64,000 bases of DNA. Origin: Octopus sinensis. Lineage: Eukaryota. The notes under the pieces are model-generated. The model saw only the letters and a list, made by a program, of their open reading frames with translations. It searched no databases and had not been told where the DNA came from. Position 1 is the first letter of the stretch. Each line of letters starts with the position of its first letter. The stretch spans positions 7,192,001 through 7,256,000 of the forward strand of contig NC_042998.1 of NCBI RefSeq assembly GCF_006345805.1, in the 5' to 3' direction. This document shows positions 36,250 to 48,722 of this stretch, one piece after another. The translations under genes were made by a program, and so were the position numbers.

Positions 36250-37378
36250 AAGCTTGTATTGTAACCACGTGGTTTCAGGTTCAGTCCCCACTGTACAGCA
36301 CCATGGGGAAGTGTCTCCTTCTATAGCCCTGGGCCAACAAAGAATACCTTGTGGATGAATTTATAAGAGAAAAACTGTGTGGAAGACGAATCTCTTTCTT
36401 TCTTTTTCTCTTTTTTACTTGTTTCAGTTATTTGAGTGCGGCCATGCTGGAGCACCACCTTTAGTCGAGCAAATCGACCCCAGGACTTATTCTTTGTAAG
36501 CCCAGTACTTATTTTATCGGTCTCTTTTGCCGAACCGCTAAGTGACGGGGACGTAAACACACCAGCATCGGTTGTCAAGCAATGCTAGGGGGACAAACGC
36601 AGACACACAAACATATACACACACATACATATATACATATATGTAAATATATACGACAGGCTTCTTTCAGTTTCCATCTACCAAATCCACTCACAAGGCT
36701 TTGGTCAGCCCGAGGCTATAGCAGAAGACACTTGCCCAAGGTGCCACGCAGTGGGACTGAACCCGGAACCATGTGGTCGGTAAGCAAGCTACTTACCACA
36801 CAGCCACTCCTGCGCCTCTCTCTATATATATATAGGTGCAAGGGTGGCTGTGGTAAAAAGCTTGCTTCCCAACCACATGGTTCTGGGTTCATTCTGCATG
36901 GCACCTTGGGCAAGTGTCTTCTATTATAGCCTCAGGTCAACCAAAGTCATGTGAATGGATTTGGTAGATTGAACCTGAAAAGAAGCCTGTCATGTGTGTG
37001 TGTGTGTGTGTTTGTCCCCCATCACTGCTTGACAACCAGTGTTGGTGTGTTTACGTCCTTGTAACATAGCAGTTGGGCAAAAGAAACCGATAGAATGTAC
37101 ACTGACTCACACACTCACTCACACACACGCGTACACACACTCATTCACACACACACTCACATGCACACACACACATACTCATACACACTTGCTTACTCTC
37201 TCTCTCACACACACACACACATTTGACAGGCCGGTAGTTTCTGTCAACCAAATCCTCTCACAAGGTTTTATTCAGCCTGGGGCTATAGCAGAAGACTCTT
37301 GCCCCAGGTGCGATGCAGTGGAGCAGAACCCAAAACTATATGATTAGGAACCAAACTTCTTACCACATAGCCACACCT
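36250..37378. mobile_element. Cluster of four SINE-A pieces in alternating orientation (+ 36250-36370, - 36405-36817, + 36833-37090, - 37222-37378)
   Basis: Family motifs (accttgggcaagtgtcttc or its reverse complement) seen in each piece. Confidence 0.8.
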
Positions 37379-37407
37379 GATCTTAGTCTCAGAAATTCTG
37401 GTAAAAA

Positions 37408-37595
37408 CTCTCTCTATTCGTCTGCCGTTACGTTCTGAGTTCAAATTCCGCCGAGGTCGACTTTGCCTTTCATCCTTCCGGGGTCGATAAATTAAGTACC
37501 AGTTACGCACTGGGATCGATGTAATCGACTTAATCCGTTTGTCTGTCCTTGCTTATCCCCTCTGTGTTTAGCCCCTTGTGGATAGTAAAGAAATA
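37408..37595 (+). mobile_element. SINE-B, 5'-truncated
   Basis: attcgtctgccgttacgttctgagttcaaattccgcc...gatagtaaagaaat. Confidence 0.85.
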
Positions 37596-37804
37596 TATAT
37601 TACAATCTTTTGAAACAGGATTCATTAGATAATGTAGTTTTGATGCACTATATCTGAGCAAAAAATGGGATCTTCATGACTGGAACATATTTAAACATAG
37701 GCCTAAATGATGAGAGCTGACCTGTAGCTAAACAAAAACAGTAGCTTGTTACTTTCACCATTAAAATAAAAGTAAAATCTACACAATAAAGAAATACACA
37801 TTTA

Positions 37805-38098
37805 TCATCATCATCATCATCATCATCATCGTTTAGCGTCCGCTTTCCATGCTGGCATGGGTTGGACGGTTCAACTGGGGTCTGGGAAGCCAGAAGGCTG
37901 CACCAGGCCCAGTTTGATCTGGCAATGTTTCTACGGCTGGATGCCCTTCCTAACGCCAACTGCTCCTTGAGTGTAGTGGGTGCTTTTTACGTGCCACCGG
38001 CACAGGTGCCAGATGAGTCTGGCAAACGGCCATGATTGGATGGTGCTTTTTACGTGCCACCAGCACTGGAGCCAGGCGAGGCTGGCAACGGCCATGTA
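37805..38098 (-). mobile_element. Retroposon family C
   Basis: (CAT)n tail, core and 2-3 modules. Confidence 0.8.
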
Positions 38099-38817
38099 GA
38101 TGCAATATCAGTTGCATGTCTATACTGGTAGTGTATTACTAGATTATCAATGTCCTGTAATAAATTCAGTCATTACTATATGTTATCTTCATATGTTATC
38201 TTGTTAGCATTCACCCAGCATCACCATAAAACTTCTGAATATGTCGAGAAGATTGTGCTGCAGACTGGATTTCAGCAGATCATTCTAGATGTTCATCACG
38301 CAACCACATAATAAAAACAGAAGGAAAGCACAACCATCATTCAAAAGCAAAGATGTCTTGGTACCGTGTATCATTCTTTAGTGAAAGTATTTTAGGTACC
38401 TACATAGCTTTAAGGAAATATAGCCCTCCACTTATGAAGCCATGAGGTGTAATGGTTAGAGTATTAGTCTCATGACCATGAGGCATAGGTTCAATTCCTG
38501 AACCACTTGTCATGTTGTGTCCCTTAGTAAGGCCACTTCATTTCATCTTGTTCCAGTTTACTCTACACTGCCACAAGAATTATAAAACAACAGTTAAATA
38601 ACTACATTTTCTTATTATTTTCTCTGTAATGAGTTTCAAAGAGCTGACTTATTTTCCCTTTTCCTCATTTGTGTTTTGATTAGTATAATCCCCAATCAAT
38701 TTAGCCAGTTGACAAAACAAAAGCTCCAAGTTCAATCCTCAATTTAGAGTGGGAACATCACCTGAAGGTGAATAGGGATTATATAAACTGAAATACTTTA
38801 TTTACAACACATTGAGG

Positions 38818-39210
38818 ATCATCATCATCATCATCATTTAACGTCCGCTTTCCATGCTAGCATGGGTTGGACGGTTCGACTGGGGTCTGGGAAGCCAGGA
38901 GACTGCACCAGGCCCAGTCTGATTTGGTAGTGTTTCTACAGCTGGATGCCCTTCCTAACGCCGACCACTCCGAGAGTGTAGTGGGTGCTTTTTACGTGCC
39001 ACCGGCACAGGTGCCAGGCGAGGCTGGCAACGTCCACAATCGGTTGGTCCTTTTTATGTGCCACCAGCACAGAGGCCAGTCAGGGTGGCACTGGCAACGG
39101 CCACATTCGGATGGTTCTTTTACGTGCCACCGGCACTGGTATCACAACTACAATTTCCATTGATTTTTGAGTGATTTCGATTTCCCTTGCCTCAACAGGT
39201 CTTTGCAAGC
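38818..39210 (-). mobile_element. Retroposon family C, longer copy
   Basis: Extends past the modules into ggtatcacaactacaatttccattgat...caacaggtc, shared with 46770-46850. Confidence 0.8.
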
Positions 39211-39774
39211 AGAGTAAATAATTTGAAAAACAGGCTTAATATTCGAATAAGTTCATTTACTACCCACTTCCTTAAAGCTGACTAGTTTCAAACCACTCCC
39301 TTCAAGTATTGTTGGTTTATTTATCACCCATGTTGTGCCCAGTCCCATAAGCCCAACACAGATAACTACATCCAGTTCTTCTTTCACAGAATATTGATCT
39401 ACTAAATCTCCATCCTGATCATGCCTTTCTTGAAGGTATCAACTTCCAACATTAAGTATAACATTCGTAGCAGCAATGAAATCAGTCTCAGGTGGCCTCT
39501 TGAAGCCAGGGATGCTGCTTCTTCTTCCAGACTCAGCAAGTAAAAAGACACCACCTATCTTGAAAAATCATCTTTAGATAAGATCCTGATTCATGCCTGT
39601 TTATAAATATTCATACCTTGTAACATAAATATTCTAGAAATTTTTTTTAATTTCCTTATAAGTAAGCAACAAAACACTTGAAATATGTATATTCTATGCT
39701 TCTTCTTTTTTATTTCTTCATTTCTGATTCAAACTTCCAATCCCACCAAAAATTATTTTAAAAAGTGATTATCT

Positions 39775-40165
39775 AGGTGCATGAGTGGTTGTGTGGTAAG
39801 TAGCTTGCTAACCAACCACATGGTTCCGGGTTCAGTCCCACTGCATGGCACCTTGGGCAAGTGTCTTCTGCTATAGCCCCGGGCCGACCAATGCCTTGTG
39901 AGTGGATTTGGTAAACGGAAACTGAAAGAAGCCCGTTGTATATATATATATGCGTGTGTGTGTTTGTCCCCCTAGCATTGCTTGACAACCGATGCTGGTG
40001 TGTTTACGTCCCCAGAACTTAGCGGTTTGGCAAAAGAGACCAATAGAATAAGTACTGGGCTTACAAAGAATAAGTCCCGGGGTCGAGTTGCTCGATTAAA
40101 GGCGGTGCTCCAGCATGGCCGCAGTCAAATGGCTGAAACAAGTAAAAGAGTAAAAGAGTAAAGAG
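39775..40165 (+). mobile_element. SINE-A
   Basis: Family consensus. Confidence 0.9.
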
Positions 40166-40284
40166 TATCTCCCTTGTACAAACTGTTTGCAAGGGGTCAC
40201 CATGTGTATATTCCTTGTTCAGTTTATGAATATCACTGTGGCTATTAATTTTGTACACTGGTGTACACACTATTTTTAAACATA

Positions 40285-40510
40285 ATGTTATATTCTTTTC
40301 TACTCCAGGCAGAAGGCCCGAAATTTTGGGGGACGGGGCCAGTCGATTAGATCGACTCCAGTATGCAACTGGTACTTAATTTATCGATCCTGAAAGGATG
40401 AAAGGCAAAGTTGACTTTGGCAGAATTTGAACTCAGAACGTAAAGACAGACGAAATACTGTTAAGCATTTCGCCAGGCATGCTAACGTTTCTGCCAAACT
40501 TGCTGCCTTA
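40285..40510 (-). mobile_element. Older SINE-B-related copy
   Basis: ggatgaaaggcaaagttgac...atttgaactcagaacg...gctaacgtttctgcca. Confidence 0.75.
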
Positions 40511-41115
40511 ACATATTATATTATATTATATTATATTACATTATATTATATTATATTATATCATATTATTATGTTATATTATTAAAGCATGCAGTATTGT
40601 TTCATAGATAAGTTTCCACCAGCATCTTTTGCCTTAGCAATCTCAAAATCATTGGATTCTACTATCCCAAACATCATCCTAATCATATCTTATTAAAAGA
40701 AGTGTGCTGTGTGACCTCAGCAGAAATTAAGGTCTATTACGTATGTAGTGATAAACCTCTGGAATAGCTCCATGCCATGTTTCTGCTTGAACGGAGCTGA
40801 CTGAAGCTACTTAAAAACAACTAGTCACATGCTAAAGGAACCGCATCCGTCTCTAAAGTGAGGTGGCTTGTTAATATAATTGCCAATTTTCCATTAAATA
40901 AATATTTATTATTCTTACCTGGCAGCAATATCCTAATATATTAAATTTAAAAGTCCCTGTAGAAAGTAGAATGTAGATTCAGCAGGTGTAATTGATTAAA
41001 TAAGCTGTAGCTGACAATTCTGAGCATGAATTTTCTCTTCGTGATTCAATAAGAAAAAAAGTGCTCTGGCAGCAACGTGTTCAGTTGAGAGTCTAAGGCA
41101 AGATTATTATTATTA

Positions 41116-41161
<46 letters not shown>

Positions 41162-41163
41162 AT

Positions 41164-41350
41164 ATGGGCGCAGGAGTGGCTGTGTGGTAAGTAGCTTGCT
41201 AACCAACCACATGGTTCCGGGTTCAGTCCCACTGCGTGGCACCTTGGGCAAGTGTCTTCTGCTATAGCTCCGGGCCGACCAAAGCCTTGTGAGTGGATTT
41301 TGTAGACGGAAACTGTAAGAAGCCTGTCGTATATATGTATATATATACAC

Positions 41351-41390
<40 letters not shown>

Positions 41391-41600
41391 TTGTGTGCTT
41401 GTGTTTGTTCCCCTAGCATTGCTTGACAACTGATGCTGGTGTGTTTACGTCCCCGTCACTTAGCGGTTCGGCAAAAGAGACCGATAGAATAAGTACTGGG
41501 CTTACAAAAGAATAAGTCCCGGGGTCGATTTTCTCGACTAAAGGCGGTGCTCCAGCATGGCCGCAGTCAAATGACTGAAACAAGTAAAAGAGTAAAGAGT
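41164..41600 (+). mobile_element. SINE-A, full length, preceded by (ATT)n
   Basis: Family consensus. Confidence 0.9.
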
Positions 41601-42882
41601 ATATCTAATATTCCCTGCCTCTTCTTACTTCTGAGCCACCACAGAACTGCTCGATAACAGGTGACCTTTTGCTTTTCGAACAAGACACGAAAACATGCTA
41701 ATAGCTTGTCTTAACAACAAACTAGGAATATGAAATGAAAAGGAGGAATGAAAATATATTTTATTCAAGATGCTTTCAAAAACAAGTCCATTTATAACCT
41801 GTACATGCTCGATGAATTGCGATATGTTTTTACCAGATTAGTTTATTTGGCACTTTTATTTTTCAGATTGTGTTAAGATATTCAATCTGACAGTCTCAGA
41901 AGAGATTTATGAGAATATTCATTTAGATGTAATATGACAAATAAACCGCTATATTCAACACTGATATTTTTCACTCATAGATTTGTAACTTTCTTTTTGT
42001 TTTTTCCACCTGTTTTTCTCTGTTCCGTTTTATTCACTCCTTTTCCTTCTCTTTTATTTTTTCTTTTCCTTTTGCTTTTGATCTTTTTGTTTGTTTTCCC
42101 TCTTAATTTCTTTTTCTTATTGACATGCATTTGTTTAAAACCTTCTATAGAATTTTATTTCGTTTTATTTTTATTTTCTTACTAACTCTATACTTCTCTG
42201 TACAGATAATGTTTTGAGGATAATAAAAAAAGAAAAAAAAAGGAAATTTATCTAAGTTTATCTGAAATGAAAATGTCAAAATATACCTCAAAAATTTCTT
42301 TTAATTATCACAATAAGACATATGTATCAAGCTATTTTGTTGTACATTTAATCTGTTTGAAAATTTCAACAACAATATTCTGTAATGTTGCGATGAAAAT
42401 AATCAGCTCCTATTTATAGCCTTCTTTTAGTGATTACGCAAGTGCTTGGCAAGAATTGCCATTACACATTTATTTCAGAATATGTTCCAAAATACTACAA
42501 ACAAATCTAATGGCCCTATAAAAACAATTATAATGTGTTATGAGCCAATAAGGAAACTGCTACAAGATTGCTCTACCTGCTAAAAATAGCTGCCAAATCT
42601 CTCTCTCAAATCTTATTTTATATGTTTTAAAACAAGACATGTCACATCAGATAATGCAATCAGCAGATATCCCCCCCCCTTGGTTAATTAACGTAATCAT
42701 CAATATCCCGGGCTTCGTTAAGGTTTTCCTGGAACTGACTAACATCATTATTGTAATGTACAGTCATTTCAACAATCTAAGTCACTGCATTAGAGAATTT
42801 GTACACAGTCATCACCACCACCACCACCACCATCATCATCATGATCATGACATCATCATCATCATCATCATCATCATCATAA

Positions 42883-43395
42883 TACGGGATTCAAGCCTCT
42901 TCTCCTTATCTCCTCAAAGACATACAGCATCTCGAAAGAGTCCAGAAGCTGGCTACCCGCATGGTTCATGGTCTCAAGAATTTGTCTTATGAAGAAAGGC
43001 TGAAGACGCTCGACCTTTATTCTCTAGAAAAACGACGACGCCGTGGTGATCTCATTCTTGCTCACAACATCATAAGCGGAAAGTGTAACCTCTCGAAAGA
43101 GCTGTTCTTCACTCCTGCTCCAGAGCGTCGGCTGCGGGGTCATTCCGAAAAGCTCTATCTGCGACGATTTTATCTCAATCGAAGGAGAGGAGCTTTCTCC
43201 GTCCGGGTTGCGGATCCGTGGAACAAGCTGCCAGACGAGATGGTGAAGATGCCGACGACCGCTTTGTTCAAAGTCTCCCTTGACCTCAAGTGGCCTGAAC
43301 TCTTTACATGAACACCACCCTGTACTTAACTCCATGTCCCCCTACATGGCCTTGCTTCTTGCTTTTTGAGCCAAAAAATTAACTAACTAACTAAC
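42883..43395 (+). mobile_element. CR1-clade LINE family 1, 3' fragment with uninterrupted ORF2 C-terminus
   Basis: 42883-43311 is open: YGIQASSPYLLKDIQHLERVQKLATRMVHGLKNLSYEERLKTLDLYSLEKRRRRGDLI...LRGHSEKL...FSVRVADPWNKLP..., a classic CR1 C-terminus. Then 3' UTR and (TAAC)n tail. Confidence 0.93.
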
Positions 43396-44109
43396 ATACC
43401 TACTTTTACCATGCTTGTATGGGTCAGATGGAATTCATCGCAACAGATTTTCTATGGCTGGACACCCTTCTTCTTGCCAATCTGCACCTGTTTCCAAGCA
43501 AAGTAATATTTCCTCATGGCAAGGCATCAAGCAGTTCAGGATCATTAGCACACTGGACGAAATGCCTAGGGACATTTTGTCTGGCTTTATGTTCTGAGTT
43601 CAAATGCCACTGGGGTCAACTTTGCCTTTCATCCATTTTGGGGTCAATAAAATGAGTATCAGCTGAGCACTGGGGTCGGTCTAATCGACTTATCCTCTCT
43701 CTCTCTCTCTCCTGAAATTGCTGGTCTGGTGCCAAAATTTGAAACCAATATTTCCCCATGTCTAGCCAGTTTTTTTACAAAAGGTTGGATATAAAGTACA
43801 CCCCCTTGTGTGACAGCAACATTCATTTACAACTATTTCATGATGTCACAAGAAGAAACAAACAAATACACACAGACACATACATATACATGTTTAAGGT
43901 GATACACAAGCACTAAACTAAGCGTGCATTATCTCTTATAGCAGAAACGGCTGTAAGCTAATGAAGGTCATTATATAATTTCTTGTTCCCTTGTTATTTA
44001 TATAATCTCTTATTACACTCTATACTTGACTAACGTTTTTTTTTTTTGTTTCTTGAAGCATATGAATATTGAGTTTTTACACCAAGTTATTTGTATTGCT
44101 CTTCCTAAA

Positions 44110-44585
44110 TAAGATATTGGTTTCAAATTTTGGTACAAGGCCAGCAATTTCAAAGAGGGGTTAAGTTGTTTACATCAATCACCAGTGCTCAACTGGTACT
44201 TACTTTAAGGCGGCAAGCTGGCAGAAATGTTAGCACGTCGGGAGAAATGCGTAGCCGTATTTCGTCTGCCGTTACGTTCTGAGTTCAAATTCCGCCGAGG
44301 TCGACTTTGCCTTTCATCCTTTCAGGGTCGATAAATTAAGTACCAGTTCCACACTGGGGCCGATATAATCGACTTAATCCGTTTGTCTGTCCTTGTTTGT
44401 CCTCTCTGTGTTTAACCCCTTGTGGGTAGTAAAGAAACAGGTACTTACTTTATCAACCCCAAAAGGATGAAAGTCAACAAAGCAAAGTCAACCTCAGTAA
44501 AATTTTTACTTGGAATATAAGTACAGACAAAATGCCCCGAAGCATTTTACATTGTGTGCAAACAATTCTGCCTGCTCACTGCCCT
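44110..44585 (-). mobile_element. Older SINE-B-related copy interrupted by a young SINE-B (+, 44208-44439)
   Basis: TSD GGTACTTACTTTA at 44195-44207 and 44440-44452; the host sequence resumes after the insert. Confidence 0.88.
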
Positions 44586-44935
44586 TCCTCAAGCTTCTTT
44601 CAGTTTCTGTCTACCAAATCTATTCTCAAGGCTTTGGTCAACCAAGGGAAATAGTTGCCCATAACACAGTAGAGTGGGACTGAACTCATAACTATGTGTT
44701 TGGGAAGCAAACCTGTTAACTATTCAGGCATGCCAGCATTCATAAAATTATTGAAATCTCGCATTTACAATAATTAGAAGAGGTTTTGGTTTCTCACCCA
44801 GCAACAGTCTGTGTGTGTTTGTGACGTGAGAGGATGAAAATGGAAACATAATAAGTTAAATAAAAACCTAATGAATGAATTAAGGAACTCAACGCAATTC
44901 TGTTGACACAGATTTCTATCTGTTTTTAAAGTCAG

Positions 44936-45160
44936 TTACTCTTTACTCTTTTACTCTTTTACTGGTTTCAGTCATTTGACTGCAGCCATGCTGGAGCACC
45001 GCCTTTAGTCGAGCAAATCGACCCCAGGACTTAATCTTTGTAAGCCTAGTACTTATTCTATCGGTCTCTTTTGCCAAACCATTAAGTTATGGGGATGTAA
45101 ACACCCCAACATTGGTTGTCAAGCAATGCTAGGGGGACAAACACAGACGCACAAACATAT

Positions 45161-45207
<47 letters not shown>

Positions 45208-45373
45208 TACGACAGGCTTCTTTCAGTTTCCGTCTACCAAATCCACTCACAAGGCTTTGGTTGGCCCGAGGCTATAGTAAAAGATACTTGCCCAAGGTGC
45301 CACGCAGTGGGATTGAACCCGGAACCATGTGATTGGTAAGCAAGCTACTTACCACACAGCCACTCCTACACCT
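44936..45373 (-). mobile_element. SINE-A, full length
   Basis: Reverse complement of the family consensus. Confidence 0.9.
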
Positions 45374-45737
45374 ATTTTTGCTTTTATACACTAATGTGTT
45401 CAAGCTAATACTCTCAAGTTGATTATTATAACCACAACATTTCAGCTATTTCCCTTCCAGCCTTCTAAAGGTGTCTGTCATATTTGGTAACATTATTGGA
45501 ACTTCAAGCCAAAGCCTTTATTAAATCCTGGATTGTTTTCATTCCATGTTCTCCCAACTTATGATGCATCTAGTCCATTTCTCTTGAACCAGGATATATA
45601 TAGTTTGACTGATCCAGGAATTGGACTCATGCGTCTAAACAACCAAACATAAAACAGGTAGAATATTTGGGCCATATGTGGCCAGTTTGGATACTAAAAG
45701 GTTAAAGGTTCCCATAAGGTTTTCATCTCTCAACTGG

Positions 45738-46153
45738 TATACTCTCTTTTACTCTTTTACTTGTTTCAGTCATTTGACTGCGGCCATGCTGGAGCACCGC
45801 CTTTTAATCGAGCAACCCGACCCCGGGACTTATTCTTTTGTAAGCCCAGTACTTGTTCTATCGGTCTCTTTTGCCGAACCGCTAAGTTACGGGGACGTAA
45901 ACACACCAGCATCGGTTGTCAAGCAATACTAGGGGGACAAACACAGACACACAAACACACACACGCATATATATATATATACATATATACGACGGGCTTC
46001 TTTCAGTTTCCGTCTACCAAATCCACTCACAAGGCTTTGGTCAGCCCGAGGCTATAGTAGAAGACACTTGCCCAAGGTGCCACGCAGTGGGACTGAACCC
46101 GGAACCATGTGGTTGGTAAACAAGCTATTTACCACACAGCCACTCCTGCGCCT
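45738..46153 (-). mobile_element. SINE-A, full length
   Basis: Reverse complement of the family consensus. Confidence 0.9.
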
Positions 46154-46699
46154 GTAATAATTGTTCCAGCATTTTTAATAATAACTGTTTCTAATTTAAG
46201 AGCTGGACCAACAATTGTGAGAGATGTTGGTTAAAATAAAGTACCACTCAAGTGGTACTTTATTGTATCAACCAAGAAAAAATGGAAGGCAAAGTCTGTA
46301 ATGTCATAGATTAATGCAAAGTCTGTAATGCAAAGTTTGTTCCAGCTTTTTGCATTCTGAGTTCAATTTTCGTAGAATTATGAGTGCTTTTAGTGGAATC
46401 CACTCTGTGGCAAGCATTGAGGTCAAAATCTTTCATTTGAGGCTATCTTCATCTTTCTACCTTCCTAATCTCAGCAATTCTGTAAATAGTCACAAGCATT
46501 GCCTTCTCTCTTGACAAAAAAGATAAAGAATAACAAGAATCAATTCTTCCAACTTACATTTTTTATTTTTCAACTTATCATGAATTACTGACTGATGAGA
46601 AATCATTTATATCGGTTTCTGGTCACTGAAAGATTAACCCATTTATATTCGGACTTCTTTGACAAATGCAAAGCTTATTTTATTCACTGCAAAGACCCA

Positions 46700-47227
46700 G
46701 GCTGCTTCTGGCACCAGTTCCGCATAGCCCCTGCCCATTCAAAGTACCTTGGATTCCAGAACATCCCGCTGTGCTTGAGGAGACCTGTTGAGTCAAGTAC
46801 ATAAACATCGAAATAAATATCAATGGAAATAGTAGTTGTGATACCTGTGCCGGTGGCACATAAAAAGCACCATCCGAACATGGCCGTTGCCAGCGCCGCC
46901 TCGACTGGCTTCTCTGCCGGTGGCACATAAAAAGCACCATCCGAACGTGGCCGATGCCAGCGCCGCCTCGACTGGCTTCCGTGCCGGTGGCATGTTAAAA
47001 GCACCAACCGATTGTGGCTGATGCCAGACTCCCCTGGCACCTGTGCCAGTGGCAGGTAAAAAGCACCCACTACACTCGCGGAGTGGTTGGCATTAGGAAG
47101 GGCATCCAGCTGTAGAAACACTGCCAGATCAGACCGGAGCCTGGTGCAGCCCCTGGCTTCCCAGACCCCGGTCGAACCGTCCAACCCGTGCTAGCGCGGA
47201 AAACGGACATTAAACGATGATGATGAT
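46700..47227 (+). mobile_element. Retroposon family C, longest copy in the window (4 modules)
   Basis: 5' extension gagacctgttgagtcaag...aatggaaatagtagttgtgatacc, then modules, core and (GAT)n. Confidence 0.82.
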
Positions 47228-47924
47228 TGTTTTGAATTAATCATATATTATCTTGTAGCACCAAGATTTCAATGCTGTGTTTGCATACTTTAATAACATT
47301 GTAGGGTAAGTGTGAGTTTGGACTTGGTCAGTTTTAACATAATATTTTGTAAAAAAAAAAGGAAAAAAGGTTAAAGTTACCTTCTTGGCTCATGCCAACT
47401 CATAAGGGCCAGTTTCCTGGTTTCCGTGCTGTATATATTCCCCTTCTGGATGGGACCCTGATCCGTCACAGTATTACTCATTTTTGCCAGCTGAGTGGAT
47501 TGGAGCAACGTGAAATGAAGTGTTTTTCTCAAGAATACAATGCATTGCCCAATCCAGGAATTGAAACCACAATCTTACAATCATGAGTTCAATACCCTAA
47601 CCATTAATCCATGTGCCTCCATGTCAAAATATTTGGGCCAGATGTGGCCAGATTAAACTCTAAAGGGTTAAGGTAGATATTAGTTTTTTTTTTGTTAGTA
47701 ATTACTTTTTGTGCTACTATGTATATTGTGGTTTTAAAATGCCCGCAGTATCCCTGTATGTTGTAAGAAAAGTGCTAAAAGGGTCGATGAGAGAAAGGGA
47801 ATTTGCCATAAAATTCTGCCTCAATAAGTTATTCTCAAACCCATGCCAACTTACAAATTTAAAAGTAAAACACTGGTGATGATGCATTATTATTATCTTG
47901 ACTGCATTTTCATTTATATTTCAG

Positions 47925-48178
47925 GTTCAAAGTTTTTTTCGTGGTTGGCTCTGTCGACGGCGTTGGAAACAAATTGTGGAGCTCTACATCCGTTCTCCTC
48001 ATGCCGAAAGCATGAGGAAACGTAACAGCATTGTGTTCAATATGGTTGAAAGTGAAGAGGAATATAATAGGCAGCTATCCACTCTTGTTACATGTTTTCT
48101 TCGACCTTTTAGGATGGCTGCCAGCTCTAAGAAACCCCCCATCACACACGAGGATGTCAATTCTATATTTCTAAATAG
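47925..48178 (+). CDS. RASGRF: RasGRF internal coding exon: IQ motif and start of the DH (RhoGEF) domain
   Basis: Acceptor atttcAG at 47923-47924, donor AATAG|GTaagt. Translation [84 protein letters not shown](S) closely matches RASGRF1/2 as recalled (VQSFLRGWLCRRKWK...[26 protein letters not shown]). 254 nt, ending in phase 2. Confidence 0.95.
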
Positions 48179-48504
48179 GTAAGTTGCTCTTTGTTGTTAT
48201 GTTCTCTTGTTTTTTTATCTTTTGTCGTTCACTTGTTTCAGTACTTTATTTTTTAAGCCTGCTACTTATTTTATCAGTTTCTTTTGCCAAATGCTAAGTC
48301 ACAGGGGCATATACACACCAACATTGATTGTGAAGTGGTGGTTGGGGGTGGCAAACACAGATATAAAGACACATATACATAGATATATATATATGTATAT
48401 ATAATAAATTGAATTTTTCCCTGTAAGTTTGGAGTCATACTCCCTAATATTATTATATATATATATGGCTATACTCCCTAATATTATTATATATATATAT
48501 GGCT

Positions 48505-48722
48505 TTCAAAATGTGACCTCGTGTGTACCATTGGCGATTTTTTTTCCTCTGTCTTCCCTTCTCTGGATCTTTCCTTCTCCTATGTTTCCGACGAAGAGCT
48601 CCGCTCGAAACGTTAAACCCTCCTTCTTTCCTTCTTTCCTTCTTTCCTGAGCATCTAATAATACTATATTTGTTCCACGTCCTCGCATTGTTGTGTTCTT
48701 TTGTGCTTTCTTGTTTGGATTA

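Larger units (their letters stand above)
27230..47924 (+). other. RasGRF intron, 20,695 bp, phase 0, GT-AG
   Basis: Lies between two exons whose peptides are contiguous in known RasGRF proteins (KIKK|VQSF). Confidence 0.8.

Noticed and set aside
39390-39435. Possible extra RasGRF exon (tttcacag|...gaag|gtatc)
   Set aside because: 46 nt would shift the frame, it has no RasGRF similarity, and the flanking exons are already contiguous in homologues.
47898-47924. ORF-track start MTAFSFIFQ for the RasGRF exon
   Set aside because: These residues are the polypyrimidine tract and acceptor of the intron; homology begins at VQSF (47925).
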